Under the pieces are notes generated by a model. That model was given only the letters and a program-made list of their open reading frames with translations. It had not been told where the DNA came from and did not search any database. Source: a virus (Duplodnaviria > Caudoviricetes). Taken from it: DNA of 59,112 nucleotides. Made by a program: the position numbers and the translations under genes. This document shows, piece after piece, positions 1 through 7,803 of this stretch (positions are counted from its first letter, which is position 1; every line of letters begins with the position of its first letter). The stretch spans positions 1 to 59,112 of IMG/VR virus record IMGVR_UViG_3300047564_002154; one strand, 5' to 3'.

Positions 1-26
1 GACGTATAAAGTTGAGAAGGAATTTT

Positions 27-227
27 ATGAATCAGAATATTGGTCTACTCACCATTCAAGAAGTGAATGCTGAACTCGCAAACCTTGCTGCTTTCGAACG
101 CGATACGCAAACGGATAATCTTTTTGAAGAACTTATGGAAGATAATGAGTTGTTGAGACAACATGAAGCTATGAGTTATTCTCAACAACTAGAAGATTTT
201 TCTCCATTTGATACATTTAATTCTTGA
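27..227 (+). CDS. hypothetical acidic protein
   Basis: ORF with AAGGA SD before ATG 27. Confidence 0.6.
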   Translation: MNQNIGLLTIQEVNAELANLAAFERDTQTDNLFEELMEDNELLRQHEAMSYSQQLEDFSPFDTFNS

Positions 228-236
228 GGGTTTTAT

Positions 237-470
237 ATGATTCAGATAGACAACCTCACGCCATATCAAGCGGAAATGCTAGATCATATGTGGACATTGC
301 AAACTGATGAAGAGTATTCTGATTGGTATAATTTACTGGATGAGGAAGACCAGAAACTTGCAGACACATTGCAAGAATTGGTAATTCTGGCGACGATGGA
401 TGAAATCGTAGAACTAGAAGATTTAAAAGATGCAAAAGACGTATTAAAGAAATTTGACCAACGACAGTGA
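237..470 (+). CDS. hypothetical acidic protein
   Basis: GAGG SD, in operon. Confidence 0.65.
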   Translation: MIQIDNLTPYQAEMLDHMWTLQTDEEYSDWYNLLDEEDQKLADTLQELVILATMDEIVELEDLKDAKDVLKKFDQRQ

Positions 471-473
471 ATC

Positions 474-617
474 ATGTATAATAAGGATTCAAAACCTAGA
501 AATCTTGTTGCAAAAGATCTTCGAACTCCCAAATATCGAATGCGTATAGTTGAGAGTAAGATTAAATACATTCGTAATCCGAAACACAAAAAGGAATCTT
601 ATGGCCAGCACATATGA
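474..617 (+). CDS. 47-aa basic peptide resembling ArfA (alternative ribosome rescue factor A)
   Basis: Not in ORF track; MYNKDSKPRNLVAKDLRTPKYRMRIVESKIKYIRNPKHKK fills the gap between neighbours; N-x4-L-x2-P-x-[YF]R-x-R...Y-x-R-x2-KH pattern. Confidence 0.55.
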   Translation: MYNKDSKPRNLVAKDLRTPKYRMRIVESKIKYIRNPKHKKESYGQHI

Positions 618-849
618 ATTTGGACATGACGGTGGTTTAACTGCATTTAAAATCAAGGATCATTGTTATGATGTTGTTGAATTTACAATTATTAAATACC
701 TTGATGATAAACGCGGCAAGAGAAATATTAATAGTAGATGCACTACATTTTTCACTAAACAGGAATTTAAACAATTTTTTACGCCTTTGATTAATGATTT
801 GAAAGTAAGATTTGATAATGAAGACAATACAAGCGAACCAAACACCTGA
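601..849 (+). CDS. hypothetical protein
   Basis: AAGGA SD before ATG 601. Confidence 0.6.
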   Translation: MASTYEFGHDGGLTAFKIKDHCYDVVEFTIIKYLDDKRGKRNINSRCTTFFTKQEFKQFFTPLINDLKVRFDNEDNTSEPNT

Positions 850-1117
850 ATTTAAAACATGGCTCAAGGGAGTTTTGCACGATGATGCTACAAAAAATCT
901 GTGCGTTGTGTTTACCAAGAAAGATGGTACAGAACGAGAACTATTCTGCACTCTTTCAGAGAACAGAATTCCGAATGACAAACAACCAAAACAGACGGAA
1001 AGTGGCTCTACTGCTCGATCCCTCAGCGAAGATGCGTTTCGAGTATTCGACACAGAAAAACAAGAGTGGAGATCTTTCCGCTGGGACTCGTTGAAACAAG
1101 TTAGGATTGAACTATGA
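818..1117 (+). CDS. WYL_2/Sm-like SH3 beta-barrel phage protein
   Basis: VFTKKDGTERE...VFDTEKQEWRSFRWDSL motifs. Confidence 0.75.
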   Translation: MKTIQANQTPEFKTWLKGVLHDDATKNLCVVFTKKDGTERELFCTLSENRIPNDKQPKQTESGSTARSLSEDAFRVFDTEKQEWRSFRWDSLKQVRIEL

Positions 1118-1308
1118 GTGAGTACAATAAAATTATCATCTTGTCTATGATTATCGTCGGAGGGATCATTATCGGACCACTCCTAACGATTTGGGCACTG
1201 AACAGCCTATTTCCAACTATACTAATCCCATACACCATCAAGACATGGTTTGCGGTTATTCTGCTTGGCGCTTTTCTCCGCGCAAATGTTTCCGTGAAAG
1301 GTAAATAA
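1114..1308 (+). CDS. small membrane protein
   Basis: two hydrophobic segments; overlaps both neighbours. Confidence 0.65.
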   Translation: MSEYNKIIILSMIIVGGIIIGPLLTIWALNSLFPTILIPYTIKTWFAVILLGAFLRANVSVKGK

Positions 1309-1553
1309 TGAATTTGACCCCAGAGCAAAAGAAAGAACTGCAAGGTGCTGTTCGTGAAATCAGCGCGTCGATGACGAGAACAGAAGCCGAACGTGATCTG
1401 ATTCGTGAAATTGTGAAAGACCAATCCCAAAAACATTCTATCCCCAAAAAAATCATTAGTAAAATTGCTAAGACTTATCATAAGCAAAATCTAACGCAAG
1501 AAATTGCAGACCACGAAGAATTCGTGGAGATTTACGATACAGTCACGAAATAA
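1308..1553 (+). CDS. dsbA: T4 DsbA-like dsDNA-binding protein
   Basis: size and EISASMTR..ERDLIREI..KIAKTYHKQN pattern; close to rnh as in T4. Confidence 0.75.
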   Translation: MNLTPEQKKELQGAVREISASMTRTEAERDLIREIVKDQSQKHSIPKKIISKIAKTYHKQNLTQEIADHEEFVEIYDTVTK

Positions 1554-1582
1554 ACCTACATGTAGAGTGTCGCAAAAAACAC

Positions 1583-1611
1583 TTGCCTTTAAATGCGATT
1601 TGATGTATAAT
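1583..1611 (+). promoter_or_regulatory. sigma70-type promoter
   Basis: TTGCCT-N17-TATAAT. Confidence 0.7.
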
Positions 1612-1639
1612 ACATATTATTAATGGAGGTTTTACACCT

Positions 1640-2752
1640 ATGAGCACATCAAAAAGTCGAGTTAAAGGTCATGTAATTTTGCAATCACGCAAGGAATTGT
1701 TGGCTAATGAACCATCAGTGACCCTGGAAAATTACAACACCAGTCTTAATTCCGCGCTATCGTGGTATAGTGAACATGCTAACGAGAAAATCCTTCGCAA
1801 GTATGCGTTAGAGTATTTTGCAAAATTCAACAAAAAACATGAAGTGTTGGCTATCAATAAAGCCACCGATGCAGAAATTCGACAGTTGGCGATTATCTGT
1901 CGGTTGAAAACACGCGAACAGTATTTGACTGAGAAACACATCAATTTTATTAGTGACACTGTCGCGAAACTTGTCAAAAAATATAAGATCATCAAAGAAA
2001 AGAAACCAGCAGAATCGCCCACTTCTAACGTCATTTCCATTCAAGAACGAATGGAAGAAAAGGCGAGAGAACTCGCTGGCGAGATTGAGGGAGCTATTGA
2101 TGATTTTGTATCCAACAACGGCAAGACGACTTTTTCTGCCAAGAATTATCTTCTAGCGAACTCAGTGGCAGCACCGATTGCAAAGCGAATCGGAGACAAA
2201 TTCGTTAAACTCTACAACGAACTTGATGCTGTGGTCAACGGAGAAGATGATCAGCTTGTTGAGGGATATTCAAATTTCAGCAAGCGAGAGCTAAAGGCAT
2301 TCCATAAATTTGTTGGAGAAATTGTTGCCGATTGCCATCAGATGGTGCAGACTGCCAAGGCTACTAGAGCACCGCGCAAACGCAAGGCTACTCCACCAAG
2401 CAAAGTTGTTGGCAAACTGAAGTACATGAAAGAATTCGCCGAACTCAATCTTAAATCTTGTAAACCAGAAGACATTCTCACTGCGAGTGAGTTGTGGGTA
2501 TATAATACGAAGTACCGTAAGGTTCAGGTATACAGAGCAGACATGAGTACGCTTAGTGTTAAAGGTACGACGATTATCGGGTTCAGTATTAAGGAATCTA
2601 TTTCAGTGACGCTACGCAAACCGGAGCAATTCTTCAAGGGATTGTCAATGGGTAAGAGAGCATTGACTGCTGCATTTAAGAAATTGACGACTAAACCTAC
2701 TACACCGAATGGTAGGATAAATCAGGATTGTATTCTTCTTGGAGCGTTTTAA
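1640..2752 (+). CDS. conserved T4-like phage hypothetical protein
   Basis: 370-aa ORF, GGAGG SD, C-terminal LWVYNTKYRK...TLRKPE...NGRIN motifs. Confidence 0.8.
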   Translation: MSTSKSRVKGHVILQSRKELLANEPSVTLENYNTSLNSALSWYSEHANEKILRKYALEYFAKFNKKHEVLAINKATDAEIRQLAIICRLKTREQYLTEKHINFISDTVAKLVKKYKIIKEKKPAESPTSNVISIQERMEEKARELAGEIEGAIDDFVSNNGKTTFSAKNYLLANSVAAPIAKRIGDKFVKLYNELDAVVNGEDDQLVEGYSNFSKRELKAFHKFVGEIVADCHQMVQTAKATRAPRKRKATPPSKVVGKLKYMKEFAELNLKSCKPEDILTASELWVYNTKYRKVQVYRADMSTLSVKGTTIIGFSIKESISVTLRKPEQFFKGLSMGKRALTAAFKKLTTKPTTPNGRINQDCILLGAF

Positions 2753-3165
2753 TGATGCGGCGAATTAATGTCAACGAACTGACAGACGTTGCTCTCGTTT
2801 GGGCAGTTGCTACGTGTGAAGGGTACACCGACTATTGCCCCGAGACTGAAAAGATGCTGCCGCCGCATAAGACTCATGGCTTCGTGCAATTGTGCGACCT
2901 GATGTTCACAACCGACTGGGCGCAAGGTGGGATAATCATCGAGCGAGAGATAAATGTAATAGAGAAACGGGATGGGTACTGGTACGCATGGAGAGCAAAA
3001 CGAAAAGATGGGTACGTCACTTCAGACTTCAAAACCGTACCAGCTTCTAAAGAAGCATGGGCTTATGGTTCCACGCCCCTTATCGCAGCTATGCGCTGCT
3101 ACGTAAAAAGTAAAATGGGGGAAGAAGTTGAAGTGCCAGAAACATTATTATTGGTTGCACATTGA
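2752..3165 (+). CDS. NinX/DUF2591-family protein
   Basis: ALVWAVA...TDWAQGG.IIERE...TPLIAAMRCYV. Confidence 0.75.
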   Translation: MMRRINVNELTDVALVWAVATCEGYTDYCPETEKMLPPHKTHGFVQLCDLMFTTDWAQGGIIIEREINVIEKRDGYWYAWRAKRKDGYVTSDFKTVPASKEAWAYGSTPLIAAMRCYVKSKMGEEVEVPETLLLVAH

Positions 3166-3180
3166 TTAGGGAGAATTAAA

Positions 3181-4086
3181 ATTATACTCGTAGACTACTC
3201 TCAGGTAGCACTTGCTGCCATTCTCACCTTTCAGCGAGAACTCAAGGGTGACGAATCAGAAGTGAAGAATCTGATTCGTCACGTGACTCTATCTACACTC
3301 AAGTCGCACAAGAAAAAGTATGGTAAAGAATATGGTGAACTGATCATCTGTTGCGACGGTCGTAACTATTGGCGCAGAGAAGTGTTTGAACATTACAAAG
3401 CGTCTCGTAAGAAGAATCGCGAAGCAAGTGACCTTGATTGGCGTCTGATTTTTGACACGCTCAATGAAATGAGGCAAGATATTGCTGAACATTTTCCATG
3501 GCGAGTTATTCACGTCGACCGCGCAGAGGCAGACGACGTTATTGCAGTCATGACTGAGTGGGCACAGACTAATGATCTGATTGTAGAGGGGTTGGTTGAG
3601 GAACCGCAGAAGGTTCTTATTCTTTCTTCTGACAAAGATTTCAAGCAACTGCAGCTGGAGCCATTTTCTTCAGGTAATGTGCGTCAATGGTCGCCGATGC
3701 AGAAGAAATTTATTCAAGCATCAAAGCAAGAAATAATTGACTTTACGGTAGAACACATCGTTAAAGGTGATGCTGGCGACGGTATTCCTAACATTCTATC
3801 TAAAGATGATGTTTTTGTTTCTGGAGATAGGCAGAAGCCAGTGAGCGCAAAACGACTTGCAGAATTTATAGAAAAGGGTGTAGCAGCGTGTCGCACTGAT
3901 GAAGAAAAACGGAATTGGCACCGTAACGCAGTATTGGTTGCGTTCGACAACATCCCCAAAGAAGTTAAACAATCTATCATCAATGCACACCTAAGTAATA
4001 AGCCGAAAGCCGATAAAATGTCTGTTATGAATTATCTCATAGCAAACAAATGTCGTTTACTTCTTGATGAACTAGAAGATTTCTAA
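3181..4086 (+). CDS. rnh: T4-type RNase H / 5'-3' flap exonuclease (probable ATT start)
   Basis: ILVDYSQ, YWRR..YK..R, EADD, SSDKDF, GDAGDGIPN motifs. Confidence 0.92.
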   Translation: MILVDYSQVALAAILTFQRELKGDESEVKNLIRHVTLSTLKSHKKKYGKEYGELIICCDGRNYWRREVFEHYKASRKKNREASDLDWRLIFDTLNEMRQDIAEHFPWRVIHVDRAEADDVIAVMTEWAQTNDLIVEGLVEEPQKVLILSSDKDFKQLQLEPFSSGNVRQWSPMQKKFIQASKQEIIDFTVEHIVKGDAGDGIPNILSKDDVFVSGDRQKPVSAKRLAEFIEKGVAACRTDEEKRNWHRNAVLVAFDNIPKEVKQSIINAHLSNKPKADKMSVMNYLIANKCRLLLDELEDF

Positions 4087-4102
4087 AAATTAGAGGGTTT
4101 TA

Positions 4103-4546
4103 ATGAAACAATATTTAACTGAAATGCTCAAGAGCATCAATGATGATCCCAAGTCAATTACCAAATATAAAGATGAATTTCTTTTAAAGGTCATTTTCGC
4201 GCATGCATTTCTACCATCTTATAAGTTTCAATTGCCAGAGGGTGAGCCGCCATTTAAACCTGCGGATCAACCAATGGGGATGACAGACACTAATCTTTAT
4301 GTTGAGTGTAAAAGATTCTATAATGTTTTCTGTAAACCAGAAGTGAAACCTATCCGCAGAGAAGCATTGTTTATTGGATTGTTGGAAGGTATTCATCCAG
4401 AAGAAGCGAAAGTTTTGATTGCAGTTAAAGATCAACAGTTGACCAAACTGTACCCAAAAATTACACATAAACTCGTGAGCGACGCAGGAATCATCCCCGC
4501 ACCAGAAAAGAAAGAAACGAAGAAACCTGTTGACAATAATACCTAA
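4103..4546 (+). CDS. conserved T4-like hypothetical protein (follows rnh)
   Basis: LPEGEPPF...RREALFIGLLEGIHPEEA. Confidence 0.8.
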   Translation: MKQYLTEMLKSINDDPKSITKYKDEFLLKVIFAHAFLPSYKFQLPEGEPPFKPADQPMGMTDTNLYVECKRFYNVFCKPEVKPIRREALFIGLLEGIHPEEAKVLIAVKDQQLTKLYPKITHKLVSDAGIIPAPEKKETKKPVDNNT

Positions 4547-4559
4547 TTAGGCTATAGTT

Positions 4560-4994
4560 ATGAAACAGAAGTGGGTTGACGCATTTATGGACACTGCCGA
4601 GAGATTCGCGCAGTTGTCCACTGCAAAACGATTGCAGGTTGGTGCTGTTGTTGTGAAAGACAATCGTATCATCTCGATCGGATATAATGGCATGCCTGCT
4701 GGATGGACAAACGAATGTGAGGAAACGATTCATGGAGAAGATGACACAGTTTATACAAAAACAAAAGATGAAGTTATACACGCAGAAGCAAATTCAATAC
4801 TCAAGTTGGCTAGGGATGGTGAACGAGCAGATGGTTCCAGTCTTTTCTGCACTCACGCTCCTTGTATACAGTGCGCTAAGATGATTTATGGTGCTGGTAT
4901 CTCCAAAGTGTATTACAGAGAAGCATACCGTGACGACCTTGGTGTGCAGTTTTTGAAAAAATGTGGTGTGGAAGTTGAAAATCTTGAAAAATAA
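4560..4994 (+). CDS. cd: dCMP deaminase
   Basis: VGAV, GYNG, HAE, PCIQC zinc motifs. Confidence 0.93.
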   Translation: MKQKWVDAFMDTAERFAQLSTAKRLQVGAVVVKDNRIISIGYNGMPAGWTNECEETIHGEDDTVYTKTKDEVIHAEANSILKLARDGERADGSSLFCTHAPCIQCAKMIYGAGISKVYYREAYRDDLGVQFLKKCGVEVENLEK

Positions 4995-5110
4995 CTTGAC
5001 TAATAATCATTTTTAAGGTATAATTGTTTATAAATAGATGTTGAGCATCCCTACTTTATGTAGAACTTTTCAGAAAACGCTTGACTAATAATCATTTTTA
5101 AGGCATAATT
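4995..5110 (+). promoter_or_regulatory. duplicated sigma70 promoter plus T4 late promoter TATAAATA (5029-5036)
   Basis: CTTGACTAATAATCATTTTTAAGG(T/C)ATAATT at 4995 and 5080. Confidence 0.8.
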
Positions 5111-5119
5111 CTTTCTACT

Positions 5120-5239
5120 ATGAAATTAAGAGCAATATCCATGTTAGAGCAGAGTCGACCACTATTAAGTAGCTGGACAGGTTCACTCTCACAGGTTGGA
5201 TATGAGATTAATAATAGTAATGGGGTGGCGAGTAGATAA
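5120..5239 (+). CDS. putative 39-aa leader peptide
   Basis: near-leaderless ATG after the promoter; stop lies in a hairpin preceding the terminator. Confidence 0.35.
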   Translation: MKLRAISMLEQSRPLLSSWTGSLSQVGYEINNSNGVASR

Positions 5240-5258
5240 AAGTATCTATATACTCACC

Positions 5259-5294
5259 AAAACCCCTGAGATACTCCAGGGGTTTTTTGTTTTT
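5259..5294 (+). terminator. Rho-independent terminator
   Basis: AAAACCCCTG...CAGGGGTTTT then T-run. Confidence 0.8.
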
Positions 5295-5363
5295 AGGGGT
5301 TGACGAAACAGTCAACATGAGATAATATTCTCTCCCATTCTTTAAAAATTCGGGACTTTTTGT

Positions 5364-5439
5364 ACCCTCTTAGCCAAGTTGGTAAGGCATCGGATTTTGA
5401 TTCCGACATGCGGTGGTTCGAATCCATCAGGGGGTGCCA
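5364..5439 (+). tRNA. tRNA-Gln(TTG)
   Basis: cloverleaf, TCGGA-TTTTGAT-TCCGA, CCA. Confidence 0.92.
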
Positions 5440-5549
5440 TATTGAAGCGCATTAAAGGAAAGACAGAGTGGCGACTGTTCGGTGCACAGCTAGCGCACCG
5501 CAAGCACAAATGAGCTAACATGTGTATTAGTGTGTTTCAATATGGTAGA

Positions 5550-5647
5550 TAGTCAGTTCTAAAAATGGGTACTCAGAATATCCGTTCTCGAAAGGTGCAA
5601 ATCCTGGTTAAGCATAGTAGCCGAGTGAAAAGAGGGCAGACTAGCCA
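5550..5647 (+). ncRNA. CCA-terminated structured RNA of unknown type
   Basis: TAGTC..GACTA terminal stem + GCCA; internal GGTGCAAATCC T-loop-like element. Confidence 0.45.
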
Positions 5648-5732
5648 TATTGAAGCGCATTGCGCGAGCCGGACAATCTCAGTTCGCTGCCTAGCACGAT
5701 CAGGAGAGGACGAAGCCAGTGTGTTTCAATAT

Positions 5733-5803
5733 GGGTCAAAATAGTTCGGCATTACCAGTGCGCCGCAGTGTTGGTAGCGGTTCGATTCCGCTTTGATCCA
5801 CCA
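5733..5803 (+). ncRNA. tRNA-like RNA without D stem, with Ala identity (tmRNA-TLD-like)
   Basis: GGGTCAA/TTGATCC acceptor with G3-U70, A73, CCA, perfect T arm. Confidence 0.6.
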
Positions 5804-5810
5804 AATTTTT

Positions 5811-5885
5811 GCCGATGTAGCTCAGTGGAAGAGCAGTGTCTTGATAAGGCATTGGTCAGTGGTTCAATCCCACTCATCGGTACCA
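5811..5885 (+). tRNA. tRNA-Ile(GAT)
   Basis: cloverleaf, CCA. Confidence 0.92.
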
Positions 5886-5892
5886 AGTTTAT

Positions 5893-5927
5893 GGAAGCGT
5901 GGTAGAGTTGGTTTATTACTACAGTTC
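5893..5927 (+). pseudogene. 5' half remnant of a tRNA-Ser
   Basis: GGAAGCGTGGTAGAGTTGGTTTATTACTACAGT breaks at the anticodon loop. Confidence 0.6.
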
Positions 5928-5971
5928 GTGTAAAAGATGCTTTTGACTAAATAATAGTAGGAGGTACTACT

Positions 5972-6418
5972 ATGAATTGTCAATTTTGCGGTAAACAGAT
6001 AAACAATGCTGGTTCTTTAAAGGCGCACGAAAATGTGTGTAAACAAAACCCAAACGCGGTTAAGAAAGTTAGAAGTCCATTAGCTGGTGCCAAAAAAGGA
6101 CACGTGGCTTGGAACAAAGGTAAGAAAACTGGAAGAATCCAGTACTGGAAAGATCGATATCCTCTTGAAGAGGTTATGGTAGAAAATTCTAGTTATACAA
6201 GACACTCTCTTAAAGCCAGAATACTCGAAGAGAATTTGATTGAGTATCGTTGTGCTTGTTGCGGTATTGGTCCAGAATGGAACGGCAATCCTATGCCACT
6301 GATTCTTGATCACATCAACGGAATTAACAACGATAATCGTTTAGTGAATTTAAGATTTGTTTGTAGTAATTGTGATACACAGTTACCAACGTACAAAGCA
6401 AAGAACAAAGGAAGATAG
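5972..6418 (+). CDS. HNH homing endonuclease
   Basis: CxxC, LDHINGINNDNRLVNLRFVCSNC; late promoter ACTAAATA and RBS hairpin upstream. Confidence 0.92.
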   Translation: MNCQFCGKQINNAGSLKAHENVCKQNPNAVKKVRSPLAGAKKGHVAWNKGKKTGRIQYWKDRYPLEEVMVENSSYTRHSLKARILEENLIEYRCACCGIGPEWNGNPMPLILDHINGINNDNRLVNLRFVCSNCDTQLPTYKAKNKGR

Positions 6419-6496
6419 GGTGCATGGTGCGCAAATGGTCTTGAAAACCATCCTACTGCGAGAGCGGTAACAGTTCGATTCCGTTATCTTCCTCCA
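6410..6496 (+). tRNA. tRNA-Ser(TGA)
   Basis: ATGGT-CTTGAAA-ACCAT, long variable arm, CCA; overlaps the HNH stop. Confidence 0.85.
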
Positions 6497-6502
6497 ATAT
6501 AT

Positions 6503-6578
6503 GCACGTTTAATTCAGTGGTTAGAAGGCAATCCTTACAAGATTGAGGTCGGTGGTTCGAATCCATCAACGTGCACCA
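6503..6578 (+). tRNA. tRNA-Val(TAC)
   Basis: cloverleaf, CCA. Confidence 0.92.
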
Positions 6579-6585
6579 AGTTTAT

Positions 6586-6675
6586 GGAAGTGTGGCTGAG
6601 TGGTCTAAGGCAGCTGCCTAGAAAGCAGTCGAGTCTTCATTGGCTCCGTGGGTTCGAATCCTACCACTTCCGCCA
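6586..6675 (+). tRNA. tRNA-Ser(AGA)
   Basis: GCTGC-CTAGAAA-GCAGT, long variable arm, G73, CCA. Confidence 0.88.
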
Positions 6676-6695
6676 TTTTAATTAAGGAGCGTATC

Positions 6696-6887
6696 ATGGG
6701 TTACAATACAAGACACTTCGACCGTGAAGCCCACTACGCTTCTAAGTCAATAAAAGAACTTCAGCAATATCTGAAAAAAGCTGAACAGTTTTCACAGAAA
6801 TATCCGCAGTTCAAAGATGGATGGCATAATGAGTACATTCATGACCTTCGTCGTAGAATTGCAGAACGTATTGGAAAGAAAGGATAA
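6696..6887 (+). CDS. hypothetical protein
   Basis: AAGGAG SD before ATG 6696. Confidence 0.7.
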   Translation: MGYNTRHFDREAHYASKSIKELQQYLKKAEQFSQKYPQFKDGWHNEYIHDLRRRIAERIGKKG

Positions 6888-6891
6888 GCAT

Positions 6892-6942
6892 ATGCCGCGT
6901 GTATTCTTAGTGAGTGATACACACTTTGGTCTTAACTTCTGA
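6892..6942 (+). pseudogene. orphaned original N-terminus of the metallophosphoesterase (MPRVFLVSDTHFG)
   Basis: 12 of 13 residues match the N-terminus at 7778; has its own SD. Confidence 0.8.
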
Positions 6943-6978
6943 AAATTATAAATAGTTGTGTACTGAAAAGGAACGACT

Positions 6979-7803
6979 ATGAAACAAAAACCAATAAAGA
7001 TATGTCCAGTGTGTTCAACTGAGTATACCACTACAGCAAAGACATGCAGCAGAAAGTGCTCTGGTGTATACCATAGCGGAGAGAATAATCCAAACTATGG
7101 TAAAACGTGGTCAGACGAACAAAAAACTAAACAGAGTGATCTTGTCAAATCTAAAGTTGATGATGTTTATCGACAAAAGGCTGGGTCTGCTAATAAGGGA
7201 GTGAAATTCTCTAAAGACCGAATAGAGTCAATGCACGGTCATAGAAATTCAGAATCATATTCAAGACCACATTCTGAGGATACCAAAAAGATAATTGGTA
7301 TTAAGTCTAGAGAGAAGTTCACCGATGAATATAAACAACGACAGAGAGAAAATTTTGTTGACCTTGGTTACTGGGTTTCTGATGATGATAAAGATGATTA
7401 TGAAATATATGTTGAGCATAGTGAGTGGATACAATCTATGTGGAATTATGCGGATAAATCGTTGTTAGAAACTGTTGGTATATTCAACGTCAAAACCAAT
7501 AGAAATGGACTCGTTAGAGATCACATTTTATCTAGAAAGTTTGGATTTGATGTTGGGGTATTTCCAGAAATTCTTAGACATCCTTGCAACTGTAATATTA
7601 TTACGCATAGTGAAAACTCTTCCAAGAGAGAAAAGTCTGGGATGACTTTTAATGAGTTGTGTAGTAAAATAGAATCATATGATATGGTTTGGGAAGAACA
7701 AGAATTGGTTCTTTCTTTGATTAACAAATGGAGAAACGGTGAACGATTCTCCGCTAACGATTATAGGAGGAAGTCACATGCCATCAGTATTTCTGGTATC
7801 TGA
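6979..7803 (+). CDS. putative homing endonuclease (Zn finger, NUMOD3-like repeats, HNH-like C-terminus)
   Basis: CPVC..CSRKC, GENNPNYGK, HSEDTKKII, RDHILS..HPCNC..ENSSK; late promoter TATAAATA 6947-6954. Confidence 0.8.
   Translation: MKQKPIKICPVCSTEYTTTAKTCSRKCSGVYHSGENNPNYGKTWSDEQKTKQSDLVKSKVDDVYRQKAGSANKGVKFSKDRIESMHGHRNSESYSRPHSEDTKKIIGIKSREKFTDEYKQRQRENFVDLGYWVSDDDKDDYEIYVEHSEWIQSMWNYADKSLLETVGIFNVKTNRNGLVRDHILSRKFGFDVGVFPEILRHPCNCNIITHSENSSKREKSGMTFNELCSKIESYDMVWEEQELVLSLINKWRNGERFSANDYRRKSHAISISGI

Noticed and set aside
5660-5905. ORFs over tRNA genes (also 10359-10753, 11515-11940)
   Set aside because: They overlap clear tRNA or ncRNA structures and are spurious.
6586-6675. Amber suppressor tRNA (CTA visible in the loop) or stop-codon recoding
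   Set aside because: Stem register places AGA at positions 34-36; TAG serves as a normal stop (e.g. 6418, 40772) and core genes are uninterrupted.
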